Virus genome (UHGV): UHGV-0361196
Source: a virus
Length of the DNA stretch: 39,311 nucleotides
Strand: one strand, 5' to 3'
Shown here: positions 8,494 to 16,218 of the stretch, piece after piece
Layout: the number at the start of each line of letters is the position of its first letter
Position numbering within the stretch: the stretch's first letter is position 1
Position numbers and translations under genes: made by a program
The notes under the pieces: generated by a model
Database searches by the model: none
The model's input: the letters and a program-made list of their open reading frames with translations, nothing else
What the model was told of the DNA's origin: nothing

Positions 8494-9018
8494 ATGGCTA
8501 AACCAGCAAAACGTATCAAAAGTGCCGCAGCGGCTTATGTGCCACAAAACCGCGATGCGGTGATTACCGATATTAAACGCATCGGGGATTTACAGCGCGA
8601 AGCATCACGTCTGGAAACGGAAATGAATGATGCCATCGCGGAAATTACGGAGAAATTTGCAGCCCGGATTGCACCGATTAAAACCGATATTGAAACCCTT
8701 TCAAAAGGCGTTCAGGGATGGTGTGAAGCGAACCGCGACGAACTGACAAACGGCGGCAAAGTGAAGACGGCGAATCTTGTCACCGGTGATGTATCGTGGC
8801 GGGTCCGTCCACCCTCAGTAAGTATTCGTGGTATGGATGCAGTGATGGAAACGCTGGAGCGTCTTGGCCTGCAACGCTTTATTCGCACGAAGCAGGAAAT
8901 CAACAAGGAAGCGATTTTACTGGAACCGAAAGCGGTCGCAGGTGTTGCCGGAATTACTGTTAAATCGGGAATTGAAGATTTTTCCATTATTCCGTTTGAA
9001 CAGGAAGCCGGTATTTAA
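8494..9018 (+). CDS. gam: Gam, host-nuclease inhibitor (DNA end-binding)
   Basis: 174-aa product matches my recollection of phage Mu Gam nearly residue for residue; RBS AGGAG. Confidence 0.9.
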   Translation: MAKPAKRIKSAAAAYVPQNRDAVITDIKRIGDLQREASRLETEMNDAIAEITEKFAARIAPIKTDIETLSKGVQGWCEANRDELTNGGKVKTANLVTGDVSWRVRPPSVSIRGMDAVMETLERLGLQRFIRTKQEINKEAILLEPKAVAGVAGITVKSGIEDFSIIPFEQEAGI

Positions 9019-9115
9019 TACCACCATTAATATTTAATTAATTCACATTCGTTTAATTATGGCGCGATGCGTCAGGGGACTACTCGCGCCTTAATCAGAA
9101 CCGGAGAGAATGAAA

Positions 9116-9664
9116 ATGAAAGCATGTGCTTATTTTAAACTGAGTGACGAAGCCGCTAACGGTTATACGATTCGCTGGCTAAAAGAGGTTTCTGTTAAGC
9201 GTGGTGAGATTATTGAGTCATTACAGCAATCAGTGAAAGCAATCGGTGTGTCTTTGTCTGGTGACAAAGGGCCTGAGAGGGTTACGCATGTCTGGTTTAG
9301 CTACTTACCACCGGAAGGATGGGGGATTAAATCAAGGACACTTTTCATTGGTGATATTCAGTTATGGGGCGCAATGCCGGATATGACAATACCGGCAGGT
9401 CGTGAGTACGGGAAGCTCATCCGGGACTGTGAAAATCAGCTCGAAAAACACCCGGATTTTCAGCGCTGGCTGTGCAATGAACTTAACGTGGCTACCGACG
9501 TTGACCTGTTTGACATCAGGTCCGTGTGGAAAATGCACCACAGCCGTGACGGATTCAGCATTTTGTTTGCAGTGTACCTTCTGGCTGGCGAAGTGAAGGG
9601 ACCGGTTCCCGCCGAATGCCAGCGCATTAAACATTCTGAATTTGTGGCGCTGACGGAGGAATAA
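9116..9664 (+). CDS. hypothetical early protein (about 182 aa)
   Basis: RBS GGAGAG 9 nt upstream of ATG 9116 (track start 9110 is 2 codons upstream); no motif recognised. Confidence 0.55.
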   Translation: MKACAYFKLSDEAANGYTIRWLKEVSVKRGEIIESLQQSVKAIGVSLSGDKGPERVTHVWFSYLPPEGWGIKSRTLFIGDIQLWGAMPDMTIPAGREYGKLIRDCENQLEKHPDFQRWLCNELNVATDVDLFDIRSVWKMHHSRDGFSILFAVYLLAGEVKGPVPAECQRIKHSEFVALTEE

Positions 9665-9667
9665 CCG

Positions 9668-10207
9668 GTGATTGATGCAAAAGTTCTGAATGGTGTCAGC
9701 ACATTATTACGGGCTTACGGGCGTCTGACCTGCGGGGTTCTGGCTGAAAAAATGAAGATGCTGCCCTCGTCAATGGTTTATTTCCTGCGTGATGCGGTTG
9801 ATGCAGGTGTGCTCACCGAATGCAACGGATTTTATGACGTTCCGCGCCCGCGTCCGACGCTGCCTGTAAGACGAAACGCAACTGAGCAGCCTGCTGTTGA
9901 TGATGCGGTGTGGTGCAACTGGCGTCGCTCATTACCCTGGGTGGAAGGTAATACCATCCCCGCTCTGGCAAAAGAGTTTGCAACGGGCGTGCTGACCTGT
10001 GAATCCGTTCACATCGTTGCAGAAGTGGATAACAGGATGTGCGAACAGGGAATGCCCCGTTTTGTGATGGCTTATATCGATATCCGGCTGGGGCGGTTTA
10101 TTTGCAGTTCAAGCGCCTGGAATATCACCGACCATGTACTGCGTTATCTCATCATTGATTTTTCATCAGCACCGGGTGTGGTGCAGGAGGCTGGTTGTGA
10201 AATTTGA
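9668..10207 (+). CDS. hypothetical early protein (179 aa), possible winged-helix N-terminus
   Basis: GTG start with GGAGG upstream; N-terminal helix-rich segment. Confidence 0.5.
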   Translation: MIDAKVLNGVSTLLRAYGRLTCGVLAEKMKMLPSSMVYFLRDAVDAGVLTECNGFYDVPRPRPTLPVRRNATEQPAVDDAVWCNWRRSLPWVEGNTIPALAKEFATGVLTCESVHIVAEVDNRMCEQGMPRFVMAYIDIRLGRFICSSSAWNITDHVLRYLIIDFSSAPGVVQEAGCEI

Positions 10208-10892
10208 AGACTGGGGTATTGATAAAAGTTGTGGCCGGGACGTCCTGGTGTACAAAAACTGTAGCGTGATTGAAGGAGAAGATGCCTGGCAGGTTCTGGA
10301 TATACTTCGTTCTGCTTTATGCAGAGCTGGCTATGTTACGCCAGCGTCAGTTAATGGCGGAACTGCCACTACCTGTATCAGAAATCAACTTTATAGTTTT
10401 TATACAGCCTACAACCGATGGTTAAAGAATGGGGCAATGGAGACGGGCGATGATGTATTTACCCGGGCTGCCGGATTATGTGCCAATGCTTACGATTATT
10501 TTGAATCAATCGGAGCAGACAGCGAGGCTGCGCTAGAACAATTACATGCGGATTTTGTCGCGAGTGGGCTGGATGAATCCCTGCCATTTAATGTAGATAA
10601 CGTGCACTACCATGATGAATGCCTACATGACAGATGCCACCTGAATTCAGCACGTGTGGCATGGGTTGAAAAACACTGTATTAGTTCTGATTCAGAAATA
10701 ACGGGGAAAAAGACAGTCGGTGAAAATTCGTATTCGTGGCTGGGGAAATTTACCACGGTGAAACAGGAATGCCCGACCTGCGGTAATGAAAACCCTGAAT
10801 ATCTGAAAGAGTGCCCTCATTGTGGCGGGCAGAAATGCAACCACTGCGATATGGGCGATGACACAGCGTGCATGAATTGTGAAGGTGAGTGA
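10197..10892 (+). CDS. Cys-rich protein with C-terminal tandem zinc-ribbon motifs (about 231 aa)
   Basis: Four CxxC motifs in the last 40 aa (CPTCG, CPHCG, CNHCD, CMNCE) plus a His/Cys cluster HYHDECLHDRCH; GTG 10197 preceded by GGAGG at 7 nt is preferred over the overlapping ATG at 10134. Confidence 0.5.
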   Translation: MKFEDWGIDKSCGRDVLVYKNCSVIEGEDAWQVLDILRSALCRAGYVTPASVNGGTATTCIRNQLYSFYTAYNRWLKNGAMETGDDVFTRAAGLCANAYDYFESIGADSEAALEQLHADFVASGLDESLPFNVDNVHYHDECLHDRCHLNSARVAWVEKHCISSDSEITGKKTVGENSYSWLGKFTTVKQECPTCGNENPEYLKECPHCGGQKCNHCDMGDDTACMNCEGE

Positions 10893-10893
10893 T

Positions 10894-11202
10894 ATGAATA
10901 ATGGTGTATTTTCAAAATCAGAAGAGCTTGCCGCCCTGCTGATTGCCGGTGGTTTGCCGAAAAAAGAAGTGCATGACTTTGTGAATTTTGTATATAACCC
11001 GTCTCATGAAAAAGCTATTGATGAGGTCATGGCGTACCGGTTTGGCATTATTGCTGAGTCACTGAGTCCTCACTGGATTATTGAAAATCTCCGCACTATT
11101 GCTGATGGCAAAGATAAATCAGCAGCCGTTGCTGCATTGGATGTGTTACGGCAAATGAGTCTGAAATTTTATCCTGAATTTATTCTGAGGGCCGCAAAAT
11201 GA
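10894..11202 (+). CDS. hypothetical early protein (102 aa)
   Basis: ATG 10894 with AGGTGA upstream, directly after the stop of the upstream gene. Confidence 0.5.
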   Translation: MNNGVFSKSEELAALLIAGGLPKKEVHDFVNFVYNPSHEKAIDEVMAYRFGIIAESLSPHWIIENLRTIADGKDKSAAVAALDVLRQMSLKFYPEFILRAAK

Positions 11203-11501
11203 ACAATGAAGATAAATTTACTCCCCTTAATATTGATAACGTCATGGCTGAAAAAAGGATGCTGGAACGTGTTCGCGCTATCGTTGAATATGGTATTAAG
11301 CATGAACTCACCGCCAGAGAAGTCCGTGACATTATCAACCGCGAAATGAATCGTCTGGAAACAGTAGTGGCACTGCAAAATGAAACAGCCCGCGAGGAGT
11401 ACATCCGCCGCAGGCTGGGGTTATCAGACCAGGATATTGTTACTGACGCTCATGTGTTTGAGGCTTTTGAGATCCGTCAGCATCTGGGCCTTACGAACTG
11501 A
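11199..11501 (+). CDS. hypothetical early protein (100 aa)
   Basis: ATGA start/stop overlap with upstream gene; charged helical product. Confidence 0.5.
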   Translation: MNNEDKFTPLNIDNVMAEKRMLERVRAIVEYGIKHELTAREVRDIINREMNRLETVVALQNETAREEYIRRRLGLSDQDIVTDAHVFEAFEIRQHLGLTN

Positions 11502-11552
11502 TGTGTAAATTCAGGCGGTGTTGCAGCACCGCCTCTTTCCGGAGGTACGATC

Positions 11553-12104
11553 ATGAGCCGCACATCCCTGATTAAATTAATCCATGTCGCCCGTCGGGAG
11601 CTACAACTCGACGACGACACTTACCGCGCCTTTCTGATGCAGAAAACGGGCAAAACCAGTTGCCGCGAGCTGACGGTAACGCAACTGGAACAGGTGCTCG
11701 ATGCCATGAAAGAACGCGGCTTTAAGAAGCTGATTAAACATCCACGTCGCCGCTTTAAGGGGTATGTCACGCCCCGCGAGAAGGTGTATAAAATCTGGCA
11801 GCAGATGGCAGAAGACGGTTTTATTACCGATGGCGGTGATGTGGCGCTGGACAGATATGTTCAACGCCTGACCACGAAACGTAATGGCGGACAGGGTGTT
11901 TCCACGCTGGCGTGGTGTCATGGCGACACCCTGTTGATTGTTCTCGAAACTCTCAAGCAGTGGCATATCCGCTGTATTCGTGAAGCCTTTTCCCGTCACG
12001 GGCTTCCGTTGCCGGTCAGTCCGTCCGGGCGTGAACTGCGCGGCTATGATGCCATGACGGCGGCTTATGCCCATGCCAGAAAGACACGGAGGATGGCACA
12101 ATGA
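11553..12104 (+). CDS. gemA: GemA-like early protein (Mu gp16 family)
   Basis: 183 aa beginning MSRTSLIKLIHVARRELQLDDDTYRAF, which I recognise as the Mu GemA family; sits immediately upstream of mor as in Mu; RBS GGAGG. Confidence 0.75.
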   Translation: MSRTSLIKLIHVARRELQLDDDTYRAFLMQKTGKTSCRELTVTQLEQVLDAMKERGFKKLIKHPRRRFKGYVTPREKVYKIWQQMAEDGFITDGGDVALDRYVQRLTTKRNGGQGVSTLAWCHGDTLLIVLETLKQWHIRCIREAFSRHGLPLPVSPSGRELRGYDAMTAAYAHARKTRRMAQ

Positions 12105-12490
12105 CGGAAGATTTATTTGGTGATTTGCAGGATGACACCATCCTGGCACATCTTGACAATCCCGCAGAGGATGCGTCACGCTTTCCGGCACTGCTGGCGG
12201 AGCTGAACGATTTACTGCGCGGGGAGTTGTCCCGGCTGGGTGTTGATCCTGCCCATTCACTGGAGATTGTTGTGGCTATCTGTAAGCATCTGGGTGGCGG
12301 TCAGGTCTACATTCCACGCGGTCAGGTTCTGGACTCGCTGATTCGGGATTTGCGTATCTGGAATGATTTTAACGGTCGCAACGTCAGCGAACTGACCACC
12401 CGTTATGGTGTCACTTTCAATACGGTTTACAAGGCCATTCGCCGGATGCGACGGCTGAAATACCGCCAGTACCAGCCCTCACTTCTGTAA
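12101..12490 (+). CDS. mor: Mor, middle-operon transcription activator
   Basis: 129 aa, Mor/C family with C-terminal HTH (...NGRNVSELTTRYGVTFNTVYKAIRR); near-identical to Mu Mor as recalled; paralogous to C at 13283..13705. Confidence 0.9.
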   Translation: MTEDLFGDLQDDTILAHLDNPAEDASRFPALLAELNDLLRGELSRLGVDPAHSLEIVVAICKHLGGGQVYIPRGQVLDSLIRDLRIWNDFNGRNVSELTTRYGVTFNTVYKAIRRMRRLKYRQYQPSLL

Positions 12491-12495
12491 ACAGT

Positions 12496-12520
12496 AAAGC
12501 CGGTTAATCCGGCTTTTTTT
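12496..12520 (+). terminator. intrinsic terminator after mor
   Basis: 8-bp stem AAAGCCGG / CCGGCTTT with loop TTAAT, followed by a run of 7 T. Confidence 0.7.
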
Positions 12521-12567
12521 ACGTCCTCAATATCCTGTGATGAATAACCGTACCGGGGGAAATCATC

Positions 12568-12786
12568 ATGGGTAAAGGCTGGAATGCATCCTTTCATCTT
12601 GGCAGACGTGAGCGGCTGCGTCAGGAGGTTTTGCACCGTGTCGCCGGTGGGCCACGGCCTGCGCCCCGCGACTATACCGGTCATGATGGCACCCACGGCA
12701 GTTATTACATGAAAGGCTGGCAGTCAGTTGATATGCCGGAAATTCTTCATCATTGCCTGCTTTACAGGGAGAAACATTATGTCTGA
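12568..12786 (+). CDS. hypothetical protein (72 aa)
   Basis: ORF with GGGGGA upstream; His/Arg-rich; weak call. Confidence 0.4.
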   Translation: MGKGWNASFHLGRRERLRQEVLHRVAGGPRPAPRDYTGHDGTHGSYYMKGWQSVDMPEILHHCLLYREKHYV

Positions 12787-13141
12787 GCGTTCTGCTCGTC
12801 AGTGGCCTGATTTTTTATCGGTGGTATTACTGGCGCTGTTATTGTGGATAAGTCTGTTTTGTGGCTGGCGCGCGCTGATGTTTTGCTGTGCCTCGGTTTT
12901 CAGTGTTGCTTTATGTGTTGCCGCTGATTGTCTGGATGCGCTGATAATGAGCTGCCGGGTGCCTGAACATTTTGCCCGGTTCGTCTGGCCTCTGACCTGG
13001 CTGGGGAGTCTGTCCGGGCTGGGATTAGCCGTGATGGCAACGTCTCAACTGAAAACGGGTCCTGAGCATGTCATCTGGGCGCTGGCCGGATTGCTGACGT
13101 TCTGGCTCTCCTTTCGTTTTCGCGCTCGTCTGTTCGGGTAA
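12779..13141 (+). CDS. multi-pass membrane protein, holin candidate (about 120 aa)
   Basis: ATG 12779 preceded by GGGAGA; three to four hydrophobic segments; lies between mor and C, where Mu carries a small membrane protein. Confidence 0.5.
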   Translation: MSERSARQWPDFLSVVLLALLLWISLFCGWRALMFCCASVFSVALCVAADCLDALIMSCRVPEHFARFVWPLTWLGSLSGLGLAVMATSQLKTGPEHVIWALAGLLTFWLSFRFRARLFG

Positions 13142-13150
13142 AGGGGCACC

Positions 13151-13270
13151 ATGTACAGAAAATTCAGTGATGAATGTTTCGGGCCGTCCACGCTGATGAG
13201 TGCGATAAAAGTGATTGCCCTTGTGGTTCTGATAACCATCAGTGCCGTGGTGTATCTTTCTGTCTGTTAA
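13151..13270 (+). CDS. small single-pass membrane peptide (39 aa), not in ORF track
   Basis: ATG 13151 preceded by AAGGGG at 7 nt; translation MYRKFSDECFGPSTLMSAIKVIALVVLITISAVVYLSVC has one TM helix; fills the gap between flanking genes. Confidence 0.4.
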   Translation: MYRKFSDECFGPSTLMSAIKVIALVVLITISAVVYLSVC

Positions 13271-13282
13271 CCGGGGGAAAAT

Positions 13283-13705
13283 ATGCAGCATGATTTATTT
13301 GAACACGATCCGGCAATTCGCCAGTTAATCGGACATATTGATAACATCCCGGCCCCGGAACTGGAATCACGCTGGCCCCGTTCGGTGGTTGATCTGATTG
13401 ATGTTCTGGAAAACGAACTGAAACGCCAGAACGTCAGCAATCCCCGTGAGCTTGCCCGTAAACAGGCCGTTGCCCTGTCCTGTTTTCTGGGCGGACGGCA
13501 GTTTTACATCCCCTGCGGCGATACGATCCTGACCGCGTTACGTGACGATTTGCTTTACTGCCAGTTTAATGGTCGTAACATGGAAGAACTGCGTCGCCAG
13601 TACCGCCTGTCCCAGCCGCAGATCTACCAGATTATTGCCCGCCAGAGAAAGCTGCATACACGACGTCATCAGCCTGATCTGTTCTCACCTGAAAGCCCAA
13701 AATAA
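13283..13705 (+). CDS. C: C, late-gene transcription activator (Mor/C family)
   Basis: 140 aa, paralogous to Mor (...NGRNMEELRRQYRLSQPQIYQIIARQRK); near-identical to Mu C as recalled; RBS GGGGGA. Confidence 0.9.
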   Translation: MQHDLFEHDPAIRQLIGHIDNIPAPELESRWPRSVVDLIDVLENELKRQNVSNPRELARKQAVALSCFLGGRQFYIPCGDTILTALRDDLLYCQFNGRNMEELRRQYRLSQPQIYQIIARQRKLHTRRHQPDLFSPESPK

Positions 13706-13727
13706 CCGGCATCCTGCCGGTTATTTC
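13702..13727 (+). terminator. candidate terminator/attenuator after C
   Basis: Perfect 10-bp stem ATAACCGGCA / TGCCGGTTAT with 3-nt loop, followed by TTATTTCC. Confidence 0.45.
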
Positions 13728-13796
13728 CTGTCACCATAATCCCGCACCTGCCATCTGATTTTTTAGACTGCCATCAGCGCATTTTTTCAGGGAAGC

Positions 13797-14315
13797 ATGA
13801 TGGCGGGGATACCAAAAAAACTGAAAGCCGCACTGCTGGCGGCAACGATTGCCGGTGGCGGTGTGGGTGGTTATCAGGAAATGACCCGTCAGTCTCTGAT
13901 CCATCTGGAAAATATCGCTTATATGCCTTACCGCGATATTGCCGGTGTGCTTACGGTCTGTGTGGGACATACCGGGCCGGATATCGAAATGCGCCGTTAC
14001 AGCCATGCGGAGTGTATGGCTCTTCTCGACAGTGATTTAAAACCGGTTTATGCGGCAATCGATCGTCTTGTCAGGGTGCCGCTGACGCCATATCAGAAAA
14101 CGGCGCTGGCAACGTTTATTTTCAACACCGGTGTTACCGCATTCAGTAAATCAACGCTGCTGAAAAAACTCAATGCCGGTGATTACGCCGGAGCGCGTGA
14201 CCAGATGGCCCGCTGGGTGTTTGCCGCAGGCCATAAATGGAAAGGACTGATGAACCGTCGCGAAGTGGAAATGGCAATCTGGAATATCAGGGGGGCGGAT
14301 GACCTTCGCCAGTAA
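13797..14315 (+). CDS. lys: SAR endolysin (T4-lysozyme-like muramidase with N-terminal signal-anchor-release segment)
   Basis: N-terminal Gly/Ala-rich weakly hydrophobic segment LKAALLAATIAGGGVGG; catalytic pattern E-x8-D-x5-T in ENIAYMPYRDIAGVLT; matches Mu endolysin as recalled. Confidence 0.9.
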   Translation: MMAGIPKKLKAALLAATIAGGGVGGYQEMTRQSLIHLENIAYMPYRDIAGVLTVCVGHTGPDIEMRRYSHAECMALLDSDLKPVYAAIDRLVRVPLTPYQKTALATFIFNTGVTAFSKSTLLKKLNAGDYAGARDQMARWVFAAGHKWKGLMNRREVEMAIWNIRGADDLRQ

Positions 14316-14685
14316 AAGTTTACTTCTGGCAGCCGTGTTTGCCGCCGTTCTGTCCGGGGTGTTGTGGCACAGGCTGGACAGCACCCGCCACGATAACCAG
14401 ACGCTGCGCCGTAAATTACAGACGGAGCAACAGGCCCGCCACACTGCTGAATGGTTGTTACACAGTCAGGAACAGACGATGCAGGTATTTTCCGCTATCC
14501 GTGCCGCAAATCGTGCCGCGCGGCTGGAAGATGAGACAGAACATCATGATGCCAAACAAAAAATTACAACCGCTATTACCGGTGACAATTGCAGCACTCG
14601 TCCTGTGCCTGCCGTTGCTGCTGACAGGTTGCGGGAACTCGAAAAACGCACCCGTGCCATCGGTGGTGATCCTTCCCGAAACTGA
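14299..14685 (+). CDS. i-spanin (Rz-like)
   Basis: N-terminal TM helix SLLLAAVFAAVLSGVLW followed by charged helical periplasmic domain; overlaps the endolysin 3' end. Confidence 0.65.
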   Translation: MTFASKSLLLAAVFAAVLSGVLWHRLDSTRHDNQTLRRKLQTEQQARHTAEWLLHSQEQTMQVFSAIRAANRAARLEDETEHHDAKQKITTAITGDNCSTRPVPAVAADRLRELEKRTRAIGGDPSRN

Positions 14686-14887
14686 TGCAGAACTGACGGA
14701 AGCAACGCCCGTTCCGCCCATGCCACAGCCCCTGACGTGGGGAGCATCCCTTCTCTGGAATGCTGACCTGCTGATGGCGCTCGGGCAGTGCAACCGCGAC
14801 AAGGCATCAGTCCGGGAACAGGAGACCCGGAGGAAAGAAATTTATGAACGAAGACCAGAACCGGGCGGTGGCGCTGCTGCTCGCTGA
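14546..14887 (+). CDS. o-spanin (Rz1-like outer-membrane lipoprotein), overlapping the i-spanin in another frame
   Basis: Lipoprotein signal MMPNKKLQPLLPVTIAALVLCLPLLLTGC with lipobox LLTGC; Pro-rich mature part; begins inside the i-spanin gene and extends beyond it. Confidence 0.6.
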   Translation: MMPNKKLQPLLPVTIAALVLCLPLLLTGCGNSKNAPVPSVVILPETDAELTEATPVPPMPQPLTWGASLLWNADLLMALGQCNRDKASVREQETRRKEIYERRPEPGGGAAAR

Positions 14888-15038
14888 ACTCTGGCAGGGG
14901 AATACCCGTGATATTCCCCGTCCGGCGGCGTATGACCCGCCTGTATTGTGTGCCGGTTGCGGTCGTGAGCTGCGGCCTGATGTGCTGAGACAGCAGCCAA
15001 TGGCGAACTACTGCCACTGGTGCCGTGGAGCAGAATAA
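14844..15038 (+). CDS. small Cys-rich protein (64 aa)
   Basis: Strong RBS GGAGGAAAG; Cys pairs CAGCG and CHWC. Confidence 0.5.
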   Translation: MNEDQNRAVALLLAELWQGNTRDIPRPAAYDPPVLCAGCGRELRPDVLRQQPMANYCHWCRGAE

Positions 15039-15337
15039 TGGATTTGATTTCAGTTTTAGCGTTATGGCCTTACCTGTTGCCTGTTGTGGCCGGTGGGGCC
15101 GTCTGGGCGATGCGTCGTAGTTTTGCCAGCACCGAGCGTGTGGAGCGTCTTGAAAACCGGATGACCGAAATGGAAACCCGCTACGCCAGCATCCCTGGCA
15201 CAGAAGATGTACACGAAATGCGCCTGCGTATTGCAGAGCTGTCCGGCGATATCCGGGTGCTGTCCCAGCGGGTGCAGTCATTTTCCCATCAACTGGAGCT
15301 GCTGCTTGAAAACGCAGTAAACCGGAGTAATTCATGA
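15038..15337 (+). CDS. membrane-anchored coiled-coil protein, candidate lysis accessory (Mu gp25 releasin-like position)
   Basis: ATG 15038 after GGAGCAG; N-terminal TM helix LISVLALWPYLLPVVAGGAVWA then helical charged region; last gene of the lysis cluster. Confidence 0.5.
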   Translation: MDLISVLALWPYLLPVVAGGAVWAMRRSFASTERVERLENRMTEMETRYASIPGTEDVHEMRLRIAELSGDIRVLSQRVQSFSHQLELLLENAVNRSNS

Positions 15338-15624
15338 TTAACGATATTCTGACCGAAGACCGTCGTCTGGTCATCCTGCGTTCCCTGATGGACTGCAATA
15401 ACGAAGCCAACGAATCCATCCTTCAGGACTGTCTGGATGCATACGGACACAACGTTTCCCGCGATGTGGTTCGCGGCCAGATTGACTGGCTGGCAGAGCA
15501 GCAACTGGTCACCGTGGAAAACCTGCGCGGCTTTTATGTCGTAACGCTGACCTCCCGAGGTCAGGATGTGGCGGAAGGCCGCGCCCGCGTTGCCGGTGTC
15601 AAGCGTCCGCGTCCCCGTGCATGA
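15334..15624 (+). CDS. conserved Mu-like phage protein (96 aa), upstream of terminase genes
   Basis: ATGA overlap with upstream gene. Confidence 0.6.
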   Translation: MINDILTEDRRLVILRSLMDCNNEANESILQDCLDAYGHNVSRDVVRGQIDWLAEQQLVTVENLRGFYVVTLTSRGQDVAEGRARVAGVKRPRPRA

Positions 15625-15635
15625 CAGGAGGCGTG

Positions 15636-16211
15636 ATGGACAGGAAAACACGGGGCCGGGCTTCAAAAGTGGATTTACTGCCGGAAAACGTACGTAAAAC
15701 GCTGCATGAAATGCTGCGTGATAAGGCGATCCCACAGGCCCGCATTCTGGAAGAAATTAACGCACTGATTGAAGACGCTGGCCTGCCGGATGAGATGAAA
15801 CTCTCCCGTTCCGGTCTGAACCGTTACGCGACGAACGTCGAGCAGGTAGGCCATAACCTGCGACAGATGCGTGAAATGACGTCAGCACTGACCGCAGAAC
15901 TTGGCGACAAGCCAATGGGAGAAACCACAAAGCTGATTCTGGAAATGGCCCGCAGCCAGCTTTTTAAGGCCATGATGCGGCAAATCGAAAACCCGGAATC
16001 TGACGTGGATATTGACCTGCTGAAAAATGCCATGCTGGCGGCACAGCGTCTGGAATCCACGGCAATGTCCAGCCACCGGCGCGAGAAAGAAATCCGCCAG
16101 GCATTCGCAGAAGAAGCGGCAAACGCCGTCAGTGAAGAACTGCGCGGGCAGGATGGCATCAGCGAAGAGCTGGAGCAGCGTATCCGTGATGTGCTGCTGG
16201 GTAAGGCATGA
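15636..16211 (+). CDS. terminase small-subunit-like protein (Mu gp27 family)
   Basis: ATG 15636 preceded by AGGAGG; charged helical product directly upstream of the large terminase. Confidence 0.7.
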   Translation: MDRKTRGRASKVDLLPENVRKTLHEMLRDKAIPQARILEEINALIEDAGLPDEMKLSRSGLNRYATNVEQVGHNLRQMREMTSALTAELGDKPMGETTKLILEMARSQLFKAMMRQIENPESDVDIDLLKNAMLAAQRLESTAMSSHRREKEIRQAFAEEAANAVSEELRGQDGISEELEQRIRDVLLGKA

Positions 16212-16218
16212 GAGGGTT

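Noticed and set aside
16027-16218. 5' extension of the large terminase ORF to ATG 16027
   Set aside because: It would overlap most of the upstream gene in another frame. ATG 16219 has a proper RBS and gives a product of typical terminase size.
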